A stretch of DNA of 63,369 nt, filler included, from Octopus bimaculoides (Eukaryota), in assembly GCF_001194135.2 (NCBI RefSeq). It is 4 parts of 4 records of this genome, joined end to end, with 100 filler letters (N's around TTAATTAATTAA, not from the genome) between each part and the next. Parts side by side here need not be neighbours in the genome. Positions count along the whole stretch, not along the records: positions 29,720 to 60,238 come from NC_068985.1; 3 more parts are not named here. One strand, 5' to 3'. The notes under the pieces are model-generated. The model was not told the DNA's origin. It saw only the letters and a program-made list of their open reading frames with translations, and made no database searches. Made by a program: the position numbers and the translations under genes. Below, in pieces: positions 40,283-52,031 of the stretch (its first letter is position 1; the number at the start of each line of letters is the position of its first letter).

Positions 40283-41597
40283 TGTATAACATATATGCTG
40301 TGCGTATAATACAGTATGGCTCCAGTTGTGTTTCATTATTAATCGCTACATACGTAGATCAAAGCAGAATAATAATGTAAATTTCTAGCGTTGATGCACG
40401 AAGCCAGGAATGTAGGGAACTGGGTTAGTAACAGCTATTTCAATTTTTCCAACTTGGAAGGATAAAAGGCAAAAGGGTCTCGGCAGGATTTGAACTCAAA
40501 TCTGTAGTGCATGCAATTAAGTACTACCAAACTATTTTGCCGTACACCCTAATCAAATATTGAACAATAATAACTATCACAAAATTAATCCTCTGCATTA
40601 AGGCTATTTATTTTACACGAACCATTTAGCAGCCTGCATTAGTTTCAAATGCTTATGGCTGACTGGAATTTTTAATTATATATTGAAGAAAAGTTACAAA
40701 ATAGCTGAAATGGGAGTATATCAGGTTTTAGATTCTTCTCTCTACGTTTCATGCTTAAGTGCTGTTGCAGAATTTTCTTCTCACTCCATCGAGGTTGGTT
40801 AAAACAAATATCATTTATGTTCAGTGGGTAGATCAATCGAATAAACACCTGTCGATGAAATCTATGAAATTGTTCGACGTATAAAGACGGCATACCAGAT
40901 AACTTTCTATATGTAATTCAATTACCACCCCGAAGTAGGACTGAATAGCTCAAGTACAAGTAGTTTACAGAGATAGGAAAGTCCTTCTTGAATTCTGTTT
41001 CTCCACACCAGTGTGGGAATATTAGATCTCTCGGTTGCAAGTATCGAGTCTTACTGTAAATATCTTGTCATAAAACCTCTAATGTCTATGTAAGGCTTCC
41101 ACCGTATAAAGTGCTTATACACTCGACTTTACCACAAACCTCCAGTTCTTTTAAAACATCATTAATATCAAGCAAACCTTCACCTTATTCAGATTGCATT
41201 TCTTGATGAGATAAACTGGCTACAAATCCGACCACTATTCCAGGAAGCATAATAAGAACAACATTTCAACTATATAAATATTTTTTCTACTAATTGGCCA
41301 GTTGAAACTAATCCACATAAATATTGCAATCCGATAACGGCCTTGGAAAAGCGTAAAGTTCAGAAAATCCCATCTTCTGCTCTAAAGTCCCACTTTTTTG
41401 TCCAGTGTGAGAAATCAGTCTCACTATAATTTGCTATAATCCTATAGTGATTTGTATATCAACACAGGAGTACAAATTGGATTGTATGACGTTTATGTTT
41501 CTTTCAAGTAGAAAAGCAATGTAAATAAAATAAGACAGGGCCGACTAGAAACTGAAACATAGTTACGATTCAGCTCGACAGAAGCATAATTCTAATG

Positions 41598-41700
41598 TTG
41601 TTGTTATTTAACCCCAGATCATACTTGACCCAAGATCACCTATGATCAAAACGTTCCAGCAGTAACCATCCTCCAATTTTTTTTTTCCAGATATTATCTA
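41598..41700 (-). mobile_element. Short interspersed repeat tail (probably LINE/SINE 3' end); similar fragments near 8385, 23140 and 44105
   Basis: gttgttgttatttaaccccag...cctatgatcaaaacgttccagc..accatcc shared among the copies. Confidence 0.45.
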
Positions 41701-41875
41701 GGACTACATCATCTATTATATCGTTCCTTATCTTTTTTAAGTAATAGATGTGGGATTTTTTAAGAGGGTGAATTTATTTAAACACATCAGCAACTTTAAT
41801 GGGAATGTGGTGTCGTTGCCCTGTAGCAATCTGTAAATGTTCAATCCATATTGTAAACGTTTCGCCAACAGAAAA

Positions 41876-42090
41876 AGGCGGCGAGCTGGCAGAATCGTTT
41901 GCACTCCGTGCAGAATGCTTGACTGCATTTCGTCTGTATTTACGCTCTGAGTTCAAATGCTGCCGAGGTCGACATTGCCTTTCATCTCTTTTTAGAGGTC
42001 GATAAAAAGAGTATCAGTTGAGCACTGGGATCGATATAATCGACTTACCCCTCCTCCAAAGTTACTGGTCTTGCGCCAAAATTTGAAACC
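41876..42090 (+). mobile_element. SINE family A (tail type 1)
   Basis: aggcggcgagctggcagaatcg...gagttcaaatgctgccgaggtcgac...actggtcttgcgccaaaatttgaaacc. Confidence 0.9.
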
Positions 42091-42516
42091 TCCAATGTTT
42101 ATGTAAGTCTTTTGTCGTATAAGCTGTTCGAACGAATCCAGTCTATTAAGGACATATGTTGTATAGATAATGGACCGATGAACAATTTAGCCGAACCCAG
42201 GTAGAAGATGAAGCAAGATATATGAAGTCCGTGTCTAAATCCTTATTTCGGTAAATGAATCAGCTTCAACAAATGATACATATATCGTCGACTTCTATTC
42301 TTGGCGGAAAATTGCCCAGTGACTTATCACAGCCGTCGAGAAAAAGCGAAATGTTTTGTGTCGTGAGTACAAAGTGGGCAATAGAAATGATTGAATCAAA
42401 GCTGAACTTAATTGACATTTATTTTATTGTTCAGGAAGAATAAAAATCATTGACTACGATTTGACTTGAGCGAAACGCCTAAAGAGATATAACTACGTAA
42501 TGATTTTAATTTTAAT

Positions 42517-42925
42517 CACAAGGCCAGTAATTTTAGGGGAAGGGTTGGTCTACTACCACAACCCTAGGACTTAACTGGAAATTATTTTATCGACCCCGAA
42601 GAATGAAAGGCAAAATCGACCTCGGCAGAATTTCAACTCAGCATAAAGACCCGAAAGAAATGTAGCTAAGTATTTTGTTCGACGCACTAACGATTCTGTC
42701 AACCCTTATAATGGTTTCTAACTTAGGCTCAAGAGCAATAATTTTGAGGGGAGGTGGGACGACTTAGTCGATACCATCAGCCCCAATGGTCGACTGGTAC
42801 TTTATTTTACTGACCCCGAAAAAATGAATTGAAAATCAGAGTGAGCTCGGTGGGAACGTAAAGAGCAGGAATGTCTACCGCAAAGAATTTCTCTATGGTT
42901 CTAACGATTCTGCCTGCTCACCACC
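42517..42925 (-). mobile_element. Two tandem minus-strand SINE family A copies (about 42517-42705 and 42715-42925)
   Basis: atcgaccccgaagaatgaaaggcaaaatcgacctcggcagaattt and tactgaccccgaa...ctaacgattctgcctgctcacc. Confidence 0.8.
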
Positions 42926-43586
42926 CATTTAAATTTGAACTCAAAACTTTGAGCTTATAATCTGATACTGTACTTATTCAACCACTCTCCTCTCAGGCGA
43001 AACTGTGTAGCGTAATATATTACGCCTAATACTCTGCGATTATTCTTCACTTAAGGCAAAAAGCTATAAATCTAAAGAGAAAAGGTTCAAATTGCGACGA
43101 TGCTTATGCTTTGCTTGAAGAATATTAAAGCCGTAAATGAAAAAATGCTTCTTTGATTCAAGGAAGAATCGAACCAGATGACAGAGTCGACTGGCAAAGC
43201 ATTCCTGTCTAATTCAGTAATGTTTTGTCATTTCGTTATTTAAAATGATAAAGTACAAAATAAAATAATGAAATAAAGCATAAACTTAAAATGAGGACAA
43301 AAATAAACTTGCACTGAAGTTTAAACCCACAGGAGCTGCACCTAATTTAACTTTCTCCGTGTTTGTTTTTGTGTGTGTATACATATACGAGTGTGTGTGT
43401 GTGTATGTGTGTAGATAGGTGTGTCATAATATCTATGTGTTTTTACTTTTGCCACAGTCTCTCTTTTTTATTTTCTATATATAGATGCTTGCATTGACGT
43501 GTCAGAACACACACACTCACACACACACACATATATATATATATAAAGATAGATGCATAGATACGTAGATATAAACATATAGGTAT

Positions 43587-43645
43587 CTGTGTGTGTGCGT
43601 GTGTGTGTGTGTCTTTGTGTGTGTGTATGTGTGTGTTTGTGTGTG

Positions 43646-43734
<89 letters not shown>
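43587..43734. repeat. (TG)n microsatellite
   Basis: Direct reading of the sequence. Confidence 0.97.
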
Positions 43735-43740
<6 letters not shown>

Positions 43741-44254
43741 GTACTGATACTTCCAGCAATGATTACCAGATGTGAGACATCGCTTCGTGTGTGTTTCCTC
43801 ACTCGGCTGGCAGGACAGATGGCTCGTCTGCTGGTTGGTTCGTTGGTTCGTTGGTTGGTAGGCTGGTATGATAGTTTGTTATTGTTGGCTGGTCGGGTGG
43901 CTGGCTGATCAGATCACAGAAATGTTTGTTTGACCACCAGGTTGTTTGCCTTCTTACGTAAATGGCAGACTGCCTAACACAATTCTCTGACTGGAAGACG
44001 AGCTATGCAGCCGATCTTGCTAAATGAGTAACTGGCCGTTGTAGCACATTGTATCGCTGACCTTGAACAGGCTGATTGGTCATGTTCTAGTGGTGGTCAT
44101 GGTTGTTGTTGTTTAGCTACTGGTCAAGTCTGAACATGCAGATAAATGATCAAAGGCAAACCGACTTCCAACCGTGATCATCCGTTATGATAAACGATAT
44201 ACAGCACTAATTTATCTTACAAAAACTTTCTTTCATTATCTTTTTAATTTTTTT

Positions 44255-44429
44255 TTTTACTTGTTTCAGTCATAAGGTTGCGGCCAAGCTGGGGAATTTT
44301 AGTCGAACGAATCTACCCCAGTACATATTCTGTCGATATATTTTGACGAACCGCTAGTTACTGGGACAAACACACCAATACTGGTTGTCGAGTGGTAGTG
44401 AGGGACAAACATGCACACACACACACACA

Positions 44430-44524
<95 letters not shown>

Positions 44525-44610
44525 TTTATCGCTAGGTGTAGATCTGAGGTAAGAAGTTTGCTCCCCAATCACATAGTTTCCGCTTCAATCCCACTGCGCA
44601 GCACCTTGTG
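44255..44610. mobile_element. SINE D (minus, about 44255-44415), (CT)n(CA)n microsatellite, SINE B fragment (plus, about 44530-44610)
   Basis: ttacttgtttcagtcat...gaaccgctagttactgggacaaacacacc...gggacaaac; gtaagaagtttgctccccaatcacatagtttccgcttcaatcccactgcgcagcaccttg. Confidence 0.8.
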
Positions 44611-44635
44611 ACTTATATACATATATGTATGTATG

Positions 44636-44666
<31 letters not shown>

Positions 44667-44965
44667 ATATGTATGTATGTATGTATGTGTGTATGTATGT
44701 AATTAAGTCACAATGTATGGATTCAAATGATCCAGTGGTACTCATAAAAAGACGCTCCTTAAAGTATCATTCTACATAACATATAGAATATATAGTACAA
44801 TACAAGAGAAAATGATATGGTATGTGTAAAGTTGTAAATGGCAGAGACATAGTTTGATGAAATTTTATTTAACGGCAAAAAAAATTTGATATCACGACAA
44901 ATTGTTTCGTAAATTAAAAGCATGTAAATAATTTATATTATTATATTTAATAAATAAATCAATTA

Positions 44966-46030
44966 CACTGGTCAACAAAATTAAATGTTTAAATGTATTA
45001 TACTCATTATCAATGCAAACCAACTTTTTAAACTAATTTTTCATGCTGATTTCAAAATTTCTCTCCATTTGTGTGCAGCACGTATCAGTTTTTCAGTAGA
45101 TACATGCAAATATTTACATATTTGTATGCATGAAATCATTCACGTAATAAATAAGGACATATTATTTTTAGAAAGTAAATGAGTTTATTGAGTTAAAAAT
45201 CATCATCATCATTCTACAAAGAGTGAATACACAAAAAATGGGTCAGACAAAACAAAGTTAGAACAACAGAGATAGAAACATTGTGATTTGGATTTCCTGT
45301 GGTGTGCCTGATCTGGTTGATCACGGTAAAGTGTCCAGCAATAGTCAGCCAGCATACTGTCATTCTAGAAGCCTTGGTGACGTTTCTCCATAGCACTAAT
45401 GTCCTGGTGAATTCTTTCACCATGTTCATCAGACACTGCTCCAAGGTTATCTGCGAAGAAATCCAGATGGGAGTCCAAGAAGTGAACTTTCAGTGACATA
45501 TGACAAACCATTGCTAAGTAACATTTCATGATTTTGTGGTAGACATTCGAAAAGTCCATCGATGTTACTGCAAAAGCAAAGCGGGCCTTTAACAGAAAAA
45601 AACACGTTTGTAGATTCACATTTCTCTGCCGAAAATAAGTTATACGAACACCGTGCTTTAGCAGATACTTCTCCTCCAGTCTTTATGCCAGCAGTTCTGC
45701 TTTATCTTTTGAGAGGGATAGGTCTCTGACAAGGTCATTCAGAGAGTGGGATACTAATTCATTCGTTCATTAATCCAAGTCAACAGGTAACTTTTATGTG
45801 GTTACTCGATCAGCAAGAAGTAGAAGATAAATCTCCCTCAAAGCTCTGTCCACTTTCTAAGTAAAGGATGAATTAGATAACTGAGTCTAGAGTTCCTTGC
45901 ACATTGGAAAAAAAAAGACGACATGATCACAGACATCATTCTTTTTTGATTTTCTGAAACATGACAGTACGGTGAACAATCAGAGTTACATTGAGACACA
46001 TTAGTATGTGTCTGATATTAGGTCTGCCCG
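44966..46030 (-). mobile_element. DNA transposon remnant, CMC/Chapaev-like transposase
   Basis: Minus: LNDLVRDLSLSKDKAELLA*RLEEKYLL...YFRQR and CHMSLKVHFLDSHLDFFADNLGAVSDEHGERIHQDISAMEKRHQG..MLADYCWTL; CAC-starting end CACTGGTCAACAAAATT at 44966. Transposase identity is strong; the superfamily assignment is from memory. Confidence 0.7.
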
Positions 46031-46429
46031 ATCACAACTGACCTATCTGAACAACAGCAGTGAAGTGGCAACAGCAGCGGTAACAATTACAGCTGGTTCT
46101 TATTTTCTTGACCATGGAATGATGACTTCGGCAGGAATCACCATCAGAACACATAACTAAACATATCTACTCACGGCGAGATGGATCATCGTTCTGACGT
46201 GTTTGTAGCTTTTTCCATCATGTCTAACAAAACAATATACAATCAGGTATTCAGTATTTCCCATAGAAGAAAATACGACGGCGTTTGGGGAAGAATTGCT
46301 AAGCTGATTCAATTAACTCCCACTACATAGCTGACATATTTTATTCAGTTGGATCTCTTCAGTCATTCAAGTAATAATCGGGGAAACATGAAACTAAAGC
46401 TCGCTGCATGATTATTTTCTCATATTCCG

Positions 46430-46772
46430 TCAAATTTCTTCAATGGGATATTAAAATCTCCATACAAGTAAAAATTTACAAAAGCTTACTCACATCGTTA
46501 TTATATGTTTGTTGTAATCTAAGACTGTCGGAGGAAAGGCTTGCCAAAACAGCCATGGACTGGATGCAGCTGGAAGGTGAGAGAAAAAGAGGCCGGCCAA
46601 AGAAGAACATGGCGTAGTACCTTGAAAGAAGACCTACGCAGACTGAACCTCACCGGGGAAGATGTATATCCGTTGGCCACGGACAGAGGTAATTGGCGAT
46701 CATTGACTGCCATCCTCCAAAACTGCTTAAAGGCTCCAATGGACCTAAAGAAGAAAAAGGAGAAGAAGAATT
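46430..46772 (+). mobile_element. RTE-clade LINE 3' end remnant
   Basis: RLSEERLAKTAMDWMQLEGERKRGRPKK.TWRSTLKEDLRRLNL..EDVYPLATDRGNWRSL (one frameshift), ending in (aag)-like repeats. Confidence 0.85.
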
Positions 46773-47012
46773 TAAACAAAGAGTAAACTGTTTAAATAGT
46801 AATTCTTAAACAGTTATACACACACACACAGACACACACATAAATACACACAAGCACACACACACGCGAACACGCGCGCGCGCACGCACACATAAATATG
46901 TAGACAAGTGGGTTGAAAAGTTCATAAGCTGACTATGAAGGAGTGATGCTAGAGCTGTGAAATCTCGCAAGCATTAATTGCACCGTTTCTTATTAATATC
47001 TCTATTGTTTGA

Positions 47013-47244
47013 GGGCGGCGAGCTGGCATAATCGTTAGCACGCCGGGCGAAATGCTTAGCGGTATTTCGTCTGCCGTTACGTTCTGAGTTCAAATTCCGC
47101 CGAGGTCGACTTTGCCTTTCATCCTTTCGGGGTCGATTAAATAAGTACCAGTTACGCACTGGGTTCGATGTAATCGACTTAATCCGTTTGTCTGTCCTTG
47201 TTTGTCCCCTCTGTGTTTAGCCCCTTGTGGGCAATAAAGAAATA
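47013..47244 (+). mobile_element. Young SINE family A copy (tail type 2), full length
   Basis: ggcggcgagctggcataatcgttagcacgccgggcgaaatgc...ccccttgtgggcaataaagaaata. Confidence 0.95.
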
Positions 47245-47386
47245 TAACATCAGCCTGGTTGGTCGAACTCGATGCCGTATCAGACATTTGCAAAAGTATG
47301 AGCAATCTCTTTGATAGTTACGATCGACTTGGTCATAATCAATCAATATTGCCACCCTCACTCAAGATATTACACTTCGACGCTTA

Positions 47387-47387
47387 A

Positions 47388-47465
<78 letters not shown>

Positions 47466-47970
47466 TTCCTCCTCCTTCACTACCACCACCACCATCCTCC
47501 AAAACATATAATGATCATTTAAATTTATCAAAATTTTCCTCGTCATCATCATCATCATCATCACTACCAGCACCACTACCGTCGCCGCCATTTCACCATC
47601 ATCATCATNNNNNNNNNNNNNNNNNNNNNNNNNNNNNNNNNNNNNNNNNNNNNNNNNNNNNNNNNNNNNNNNNNNNNNNNNNNNNNNNNNNNNNNNNNNN
47701 NNNNNNNAAACATATAATGATCATTTAAATTTATCAAAATTTTCCTCGTCATCATCATCATCATCATCACTACCAGCACCACTACCGTCGCCGCCATTTC
47801 ACCATCATCATCATCATCATCAACACCACTGCCACCACCATCGCCAAAAAACATGTAACTATCATTCAAAATTATCAGAATTCTCATCAAAATCTTCCTC
47901 GTCGTCATCATCATCATCATCATCATCACCGCCACCACCACCGTCGCCGCCATATCATCATCATCATCAC
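47387..47970. repeat. (ATC)n microsatellite plus a ~120-140 bp ATC-rich tandem unit (three copies, one gap)
   Basis: aaacatataatgatcatttaaatttatcaaaattttcctcgtcatc... at about 47502 and 47708, with a diverged copy at about 47848. Confidence 0.85.
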
Positions 47971-48264
47971 CAACAAGAGTAGAAGCGGCAGCAGTGACAG
48001 GAGTGACAATGTCAACTTTGACACCATAATCAAATTCGTCGCCATTATGAGTTATTTTTGTGAAACCAGGAAAATGAAATGGCAAAAAGACAAAGAATAT
48101 ACTATGATGCATGCGTTAAATAAATATTACTGCGGTGGCTATATTTAATCTTTTAACTTTATATTTAGCCCAAACATATAAATAACTGCACATGTACGTA
48201 TGTAAGGGTATATGGATATACGGATGTATGTGTGAATGTATAGAGGATATATTAAGTATGTATG

Positions 48265-48415
48265 CAGCTGTGTGGTAAGAAGCTTGCTTCCCAACCACAT
48301 GGTTCCGAGTTCAGTCTCACTGCGTGGCACCTAGGGCTAGTGTCTTCTACTATAGCCTCGGGCCGGTCAAAGCCTTGTGAGTGGATTTGGTAGACGAGAA
48401 TTGAAAGAAGCCCGT
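48265..48415 (+). mobile_element. SINE family B (CORE-like), full length
   Basis: gctgtgtggtaagaagcttgcttcccaaccacatggttccgagttcagtctcactgcgtggcacc...gagtggatttggtagacgagaattgaaagaagcccgt. Confidence 0.9.
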
Positions 48416-48419
48416 ATAT

Positions 48420-48530
48420 GAATCGTTGGCGATTTTCTTCCTCCGTCTTCTCTTCTATTGGACTTTCATTTGTTTCTGAAGAAGAGCCTCAGCTCGAAAC
48501 GTTAAACCACCTTTCTTTCCTTCCTTCCTA
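48420..48530 (+). mobile_element. Penelope-like pseudo-LTR fragment carrying a minimal hammerhead motif
   Basis: Pyrimidine-rich flanks around the CTGAAGA...CGAAACGTT motif typical of PLE termini. Confidence 0.65.
48472..48507 (+). ncRNA. Minimal type I hammerhead ribozyme motif
   Basis: GUUU-CUGAAGA-A-GAGC(CUCA)GCUC-GAAA-CG-U-U-AAAC: core CUGANGA/GAAA intact, helix II 4 bp, helix I GUUU/AAAC, vestigial palindromic helix III (ACGU), NUH triplet GUU. Confidence 0.7.
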
Positions 48531-48754
48531 TCTTCTGACAAAGATAGATGGTTTATTATTTGAGACAATGTTCATATCACAACACAAAGCTACAATTAAC
48601 TCACAAACAACATGCATACTCACAAACAAGATAAGCACCTCTCATATGAAGTGTAACGGTCACGGTGAAAATATGAACCCGATAACAGGGAACTAACGTT
48701 CAACTTTTGACTGTAAAAGTCTATATACAATATCCTGGCTGTATTAAAAAAAAT

Positions 48755-48962
48755 ATCCATCATTATCCTGAAGACAAGGCTGAGATAGATAAGAAGCTTT
48801 GATGAACATAAGTTTGCATTATTCCAAACAAGAGTCTCATATGCAGATACGGAAAGAAATACTAATGAAAAGTGCAGAAGCTAACATCCATCATTATCCT
48901 GAAGTCGGGGCTGAAATAGGTAAGAAGCTTTGATGAAAATAAGGTTTGCATTATTCCAAACG
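48755..48962. repeat. Diverged 131-bp-period tandem duplication
   Basis: atccatcattatcctgaag...taagaagctttgatgaa.ataag.tttgcattattccaaac at 48755 and 48886. Confidence 0.9.
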
Positions 48963-49471
48963 AATTACGAGGGTCTGAAGAGAAAAGAAAAGAAAAACTA
49001 AAGAAAAATATTAAATTGGAAATATTGTCGTGTTTTCAAAATATCATTTTCAAAAAGTAAAGCTGTTCCCATTAAATAAATAAAAAAATGTGTGTGTGTC
49101 TGTGTTTCTGCTTGTATGCATTAAACTGGCTATAGAAAATGAGCCAGCAAACGTTAAGNNNNNNNNNNNNNNNNNNNNNNNNNNNNNNNNNNNNNNNNNN
49201 NNNNNNNNNNNNNNNNNNNNNNNNNNNNNNNNNNNNNNNNNNNNNNNNNNNNNNNNNNNNNNNNNNNNNNNNNNNNNNNNNNNNNNNNNNNNNNNNNNNN
49301 NNNNNNNNNNNNNNNNNNNNNNNNNNNNNNNNNNNNNNNNNNNNNNNNNNNNNNNNNNNNNNNNNNNNNNNNNNNNNNNNNNNNNNNNNNNNNNNNNNNN
49401 NNNNNCAGGGGAAAAAGCCAATGATGTGGTATGAAACTGAAATGGAGCCGACTTAAACTATTACAGCCATG

Positions 49472-49488
49472 TAGTAGTAGTAGTAGTA

Positions 49489-49556
<68 letters not shown>
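49472..49556. repeat. (GTA)n microsatellite
   Basis: Direct reading of the sequence. Confidence 0.97.
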
Positions 49557-50309
49557 TAAATAAATCACATAGCTGGTGTTTAGAGAAGCCGCCAATCATT
49601 TAGCTTCCCTCTGTACCACTAATACTCCTTGGAAAACATATCAATGTTACAATATCCCATTTTCCTTTCCTAATACGTTTGGTAATTAGGATCTAACTAA
49701 AAAGAAAAATATACGCTATTTCTATTAACACAAATTCATTTCCAAGTTGAAAGCCATATGATTTCAGTGACGTCTCTAAAGCGCTTGCGAAAAATATGAA
49801 ACTTATAAAATGCATTTGTACAAGCAGCCAAGAGTATATTTCGTTTAAAATATGTCAATTTGAGCTTGTTTCTTCAGAATAAAGTTCTGCTTTTTTAAGC
49901 TGGTCTCTTTTAAAAACAATCAGCCGCCGGCCTAAAATTCAAGAGAGTAATTCTAGAATATGTTTACTGTGATCACAGAACCCTAATGTAGAAACTTTGT
50001 TGAATCCTCCTACGCACTACACTCTAACAAAGATAGCTCTGTCAGTAGCTTTCCTACCGATAAAGCTACACTTCCCACTCTACACAAACACACAAACACA
50101 CAAACACGCACACACACGCACACACGCACACACACACACACACACACATGCACACTCAGACATACACATACACAGACATACTCATACACACATGCACATA
50201 CACTCACACAAACATGCACACACTCACGTACATATACACACACACTCACACACAACTCTTCCCAAATTGTCCTTCATTCAACATGTCTATTCAAAGCAAC
50301 ATCTATGAT

Positions 50310-51050
50310 CCAAAAGGCAACTTCTGACATTGTTTCTTTAATTATCCCCGAACTTGACGCTTTATACTACATTTACTTTCCCTACTTGCTTTTTCCCCCT
50401 TTCTATAGAGGTATGTTATCCATCTATGGACACCCAGAATGGTGTATCTCTTTCTCTAAAGGAAAAAAATTTCTCTGGTACTTCAAATTACTTCACGATT
50501 TCCCTCACTTTCAACATTTCGAAGATAATGGAAACAATCGTAATCAATTGCAAACTTTTACCTCTTTTTAAGGGCAAAAATAATCAAGATTAATACAGAT
50601 TTTAGGGCCAAATAATGAAGCAGAAAAGGCAATGATGTTCTTGGCATTCGGGAAACTTTAACTATCTTTTTAAACCTGCTAACCATGTCTAAGTTCTCCT
50701 CTCTTGGTTCAGAAATTTCTCAGATCATTTAATCGCAGCATTCATCACCGATGCTAATGTTGACTCGTACTCTAGGGCCTTCCCCAAAGATAGATATTTT
50801 TCCATTAGAATTTTCCTTCTGTACTTTAAGTATCTAATCACTGTAAATTTTAGCCACACTTTCTAAAGCAGATATTAATACCCTTTACCCATTTTAATGT
50901 GCTTCACTCATTTTAATGCCCCTCTAAATAATATCAACAGATAATATAGGCATATCATACTAAACTTTCGCTGACTCTGCCATTGTAAATCTCTGTATAA
51001 TATTTCAAATTCAGAACTGCAGCACATATCAAAGAAACTGCTATGCACAA
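50310..51050 (+). mobile_element. Old CR1/L2/Jockey-group LINE reverse transcriptase remnant
   Basis: KEKNFSGTSNYFTISLTFNISKIMETIVINCKLL..D*YRF resembles the K.GD....NYRPISL....K.ME.I...QYGF motif; downstream sequence is highly decayed. Confidence 0.6.
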
Positions 51051-52031
51051 TATGCTACTCAAACACGAACAGCTCACAGCTAAACCCTAAAGGGTGTTAA
51101 AAATGCTTGGCCACACACTAATAAACGCCACGGTGACCTCATAAATGTAACATGAACTGCAACCGAAAGGCCAGGGTCCCTCTTTCGAAGCAGAAAATAC
51201 TTCAGCTCTAATCAATTGTTAACCTCCTAAAATATCGAATCATACATTCAATTTATATTAGCAAATCTGGAGTATTAAAAGAAATTATCTAGAATGTTTT
51301 AAATCTAAAAAACAAGTAAGACAGGTCGTAAAATTATCTACTCCAGCTTTATAGAAAACAAAACTTATCGACATAGAATTCGAACTTGCCATTAAAACCA
51401 AATGGTGAAAATAACGCCCATGGTTTTATTAAATTTTGGTATCAAATGACCTTCGCCATGAACAATATTCTTCTTAGGTTGTAAGAATTAGAAATTATTT
51501 GTTTACATAGCAACGAGCAGAATACTACTTTGCATTGTCCAGGCAGAAAACTATAAATTGTTCTTAACGAGAAATTTTCCGTAATGAAAGTGAATTCGAA
51601 ATGTTATCTTTCATATATAAAAGGAAATTGATATGCAATACGTTTATAGCAGTCCGTTGTTTAATGCATTGTGAAACAGATACGCACCCATTATTAACAG
51701 TACATTTCGTAATTTAACTGCATAAATGATACATATCTACTTCAAGTAAATTAAGAATACGACATTAAGTAAATGGGAAAAGAGTTTTATTTCATTTAAA
51801 ACTATAATTTATTTCATTTTTTATATTTTCTTAATTCGCAAAATAATTTGAAAAATGAGTAGAGATCCGAGAATAGCGAAGTAAACCACTCATGGAAATA
51901 AGATCATTCTTATAATGTATGGAAACTGTAGTGGCCAGTAGAAACCCACATATTCAAGTATTGGAATTGCAATACACTTAGCGATGAACAAATGATGTTG
52001 AACATTGCGATACGACCCATCTTTTATGATA

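Noticed and set aside
40700-41400. Possible very old LINE remnant on the minus strand
   Set aside because: No diagnostic motif recovered by manual translation.
42264-42362. Possible 99-nt exon ending in GTC|gtgagt
   Set aside because: The acceptor lacks a pyrimidine tract and only phase 0 is open, which is incompatible with the other candidate exons.
46861-46890. (CG)n/(CA)n potential Z-DNA tract
   Set aside because: Short and ordinary for this microsatellite-rich genome.
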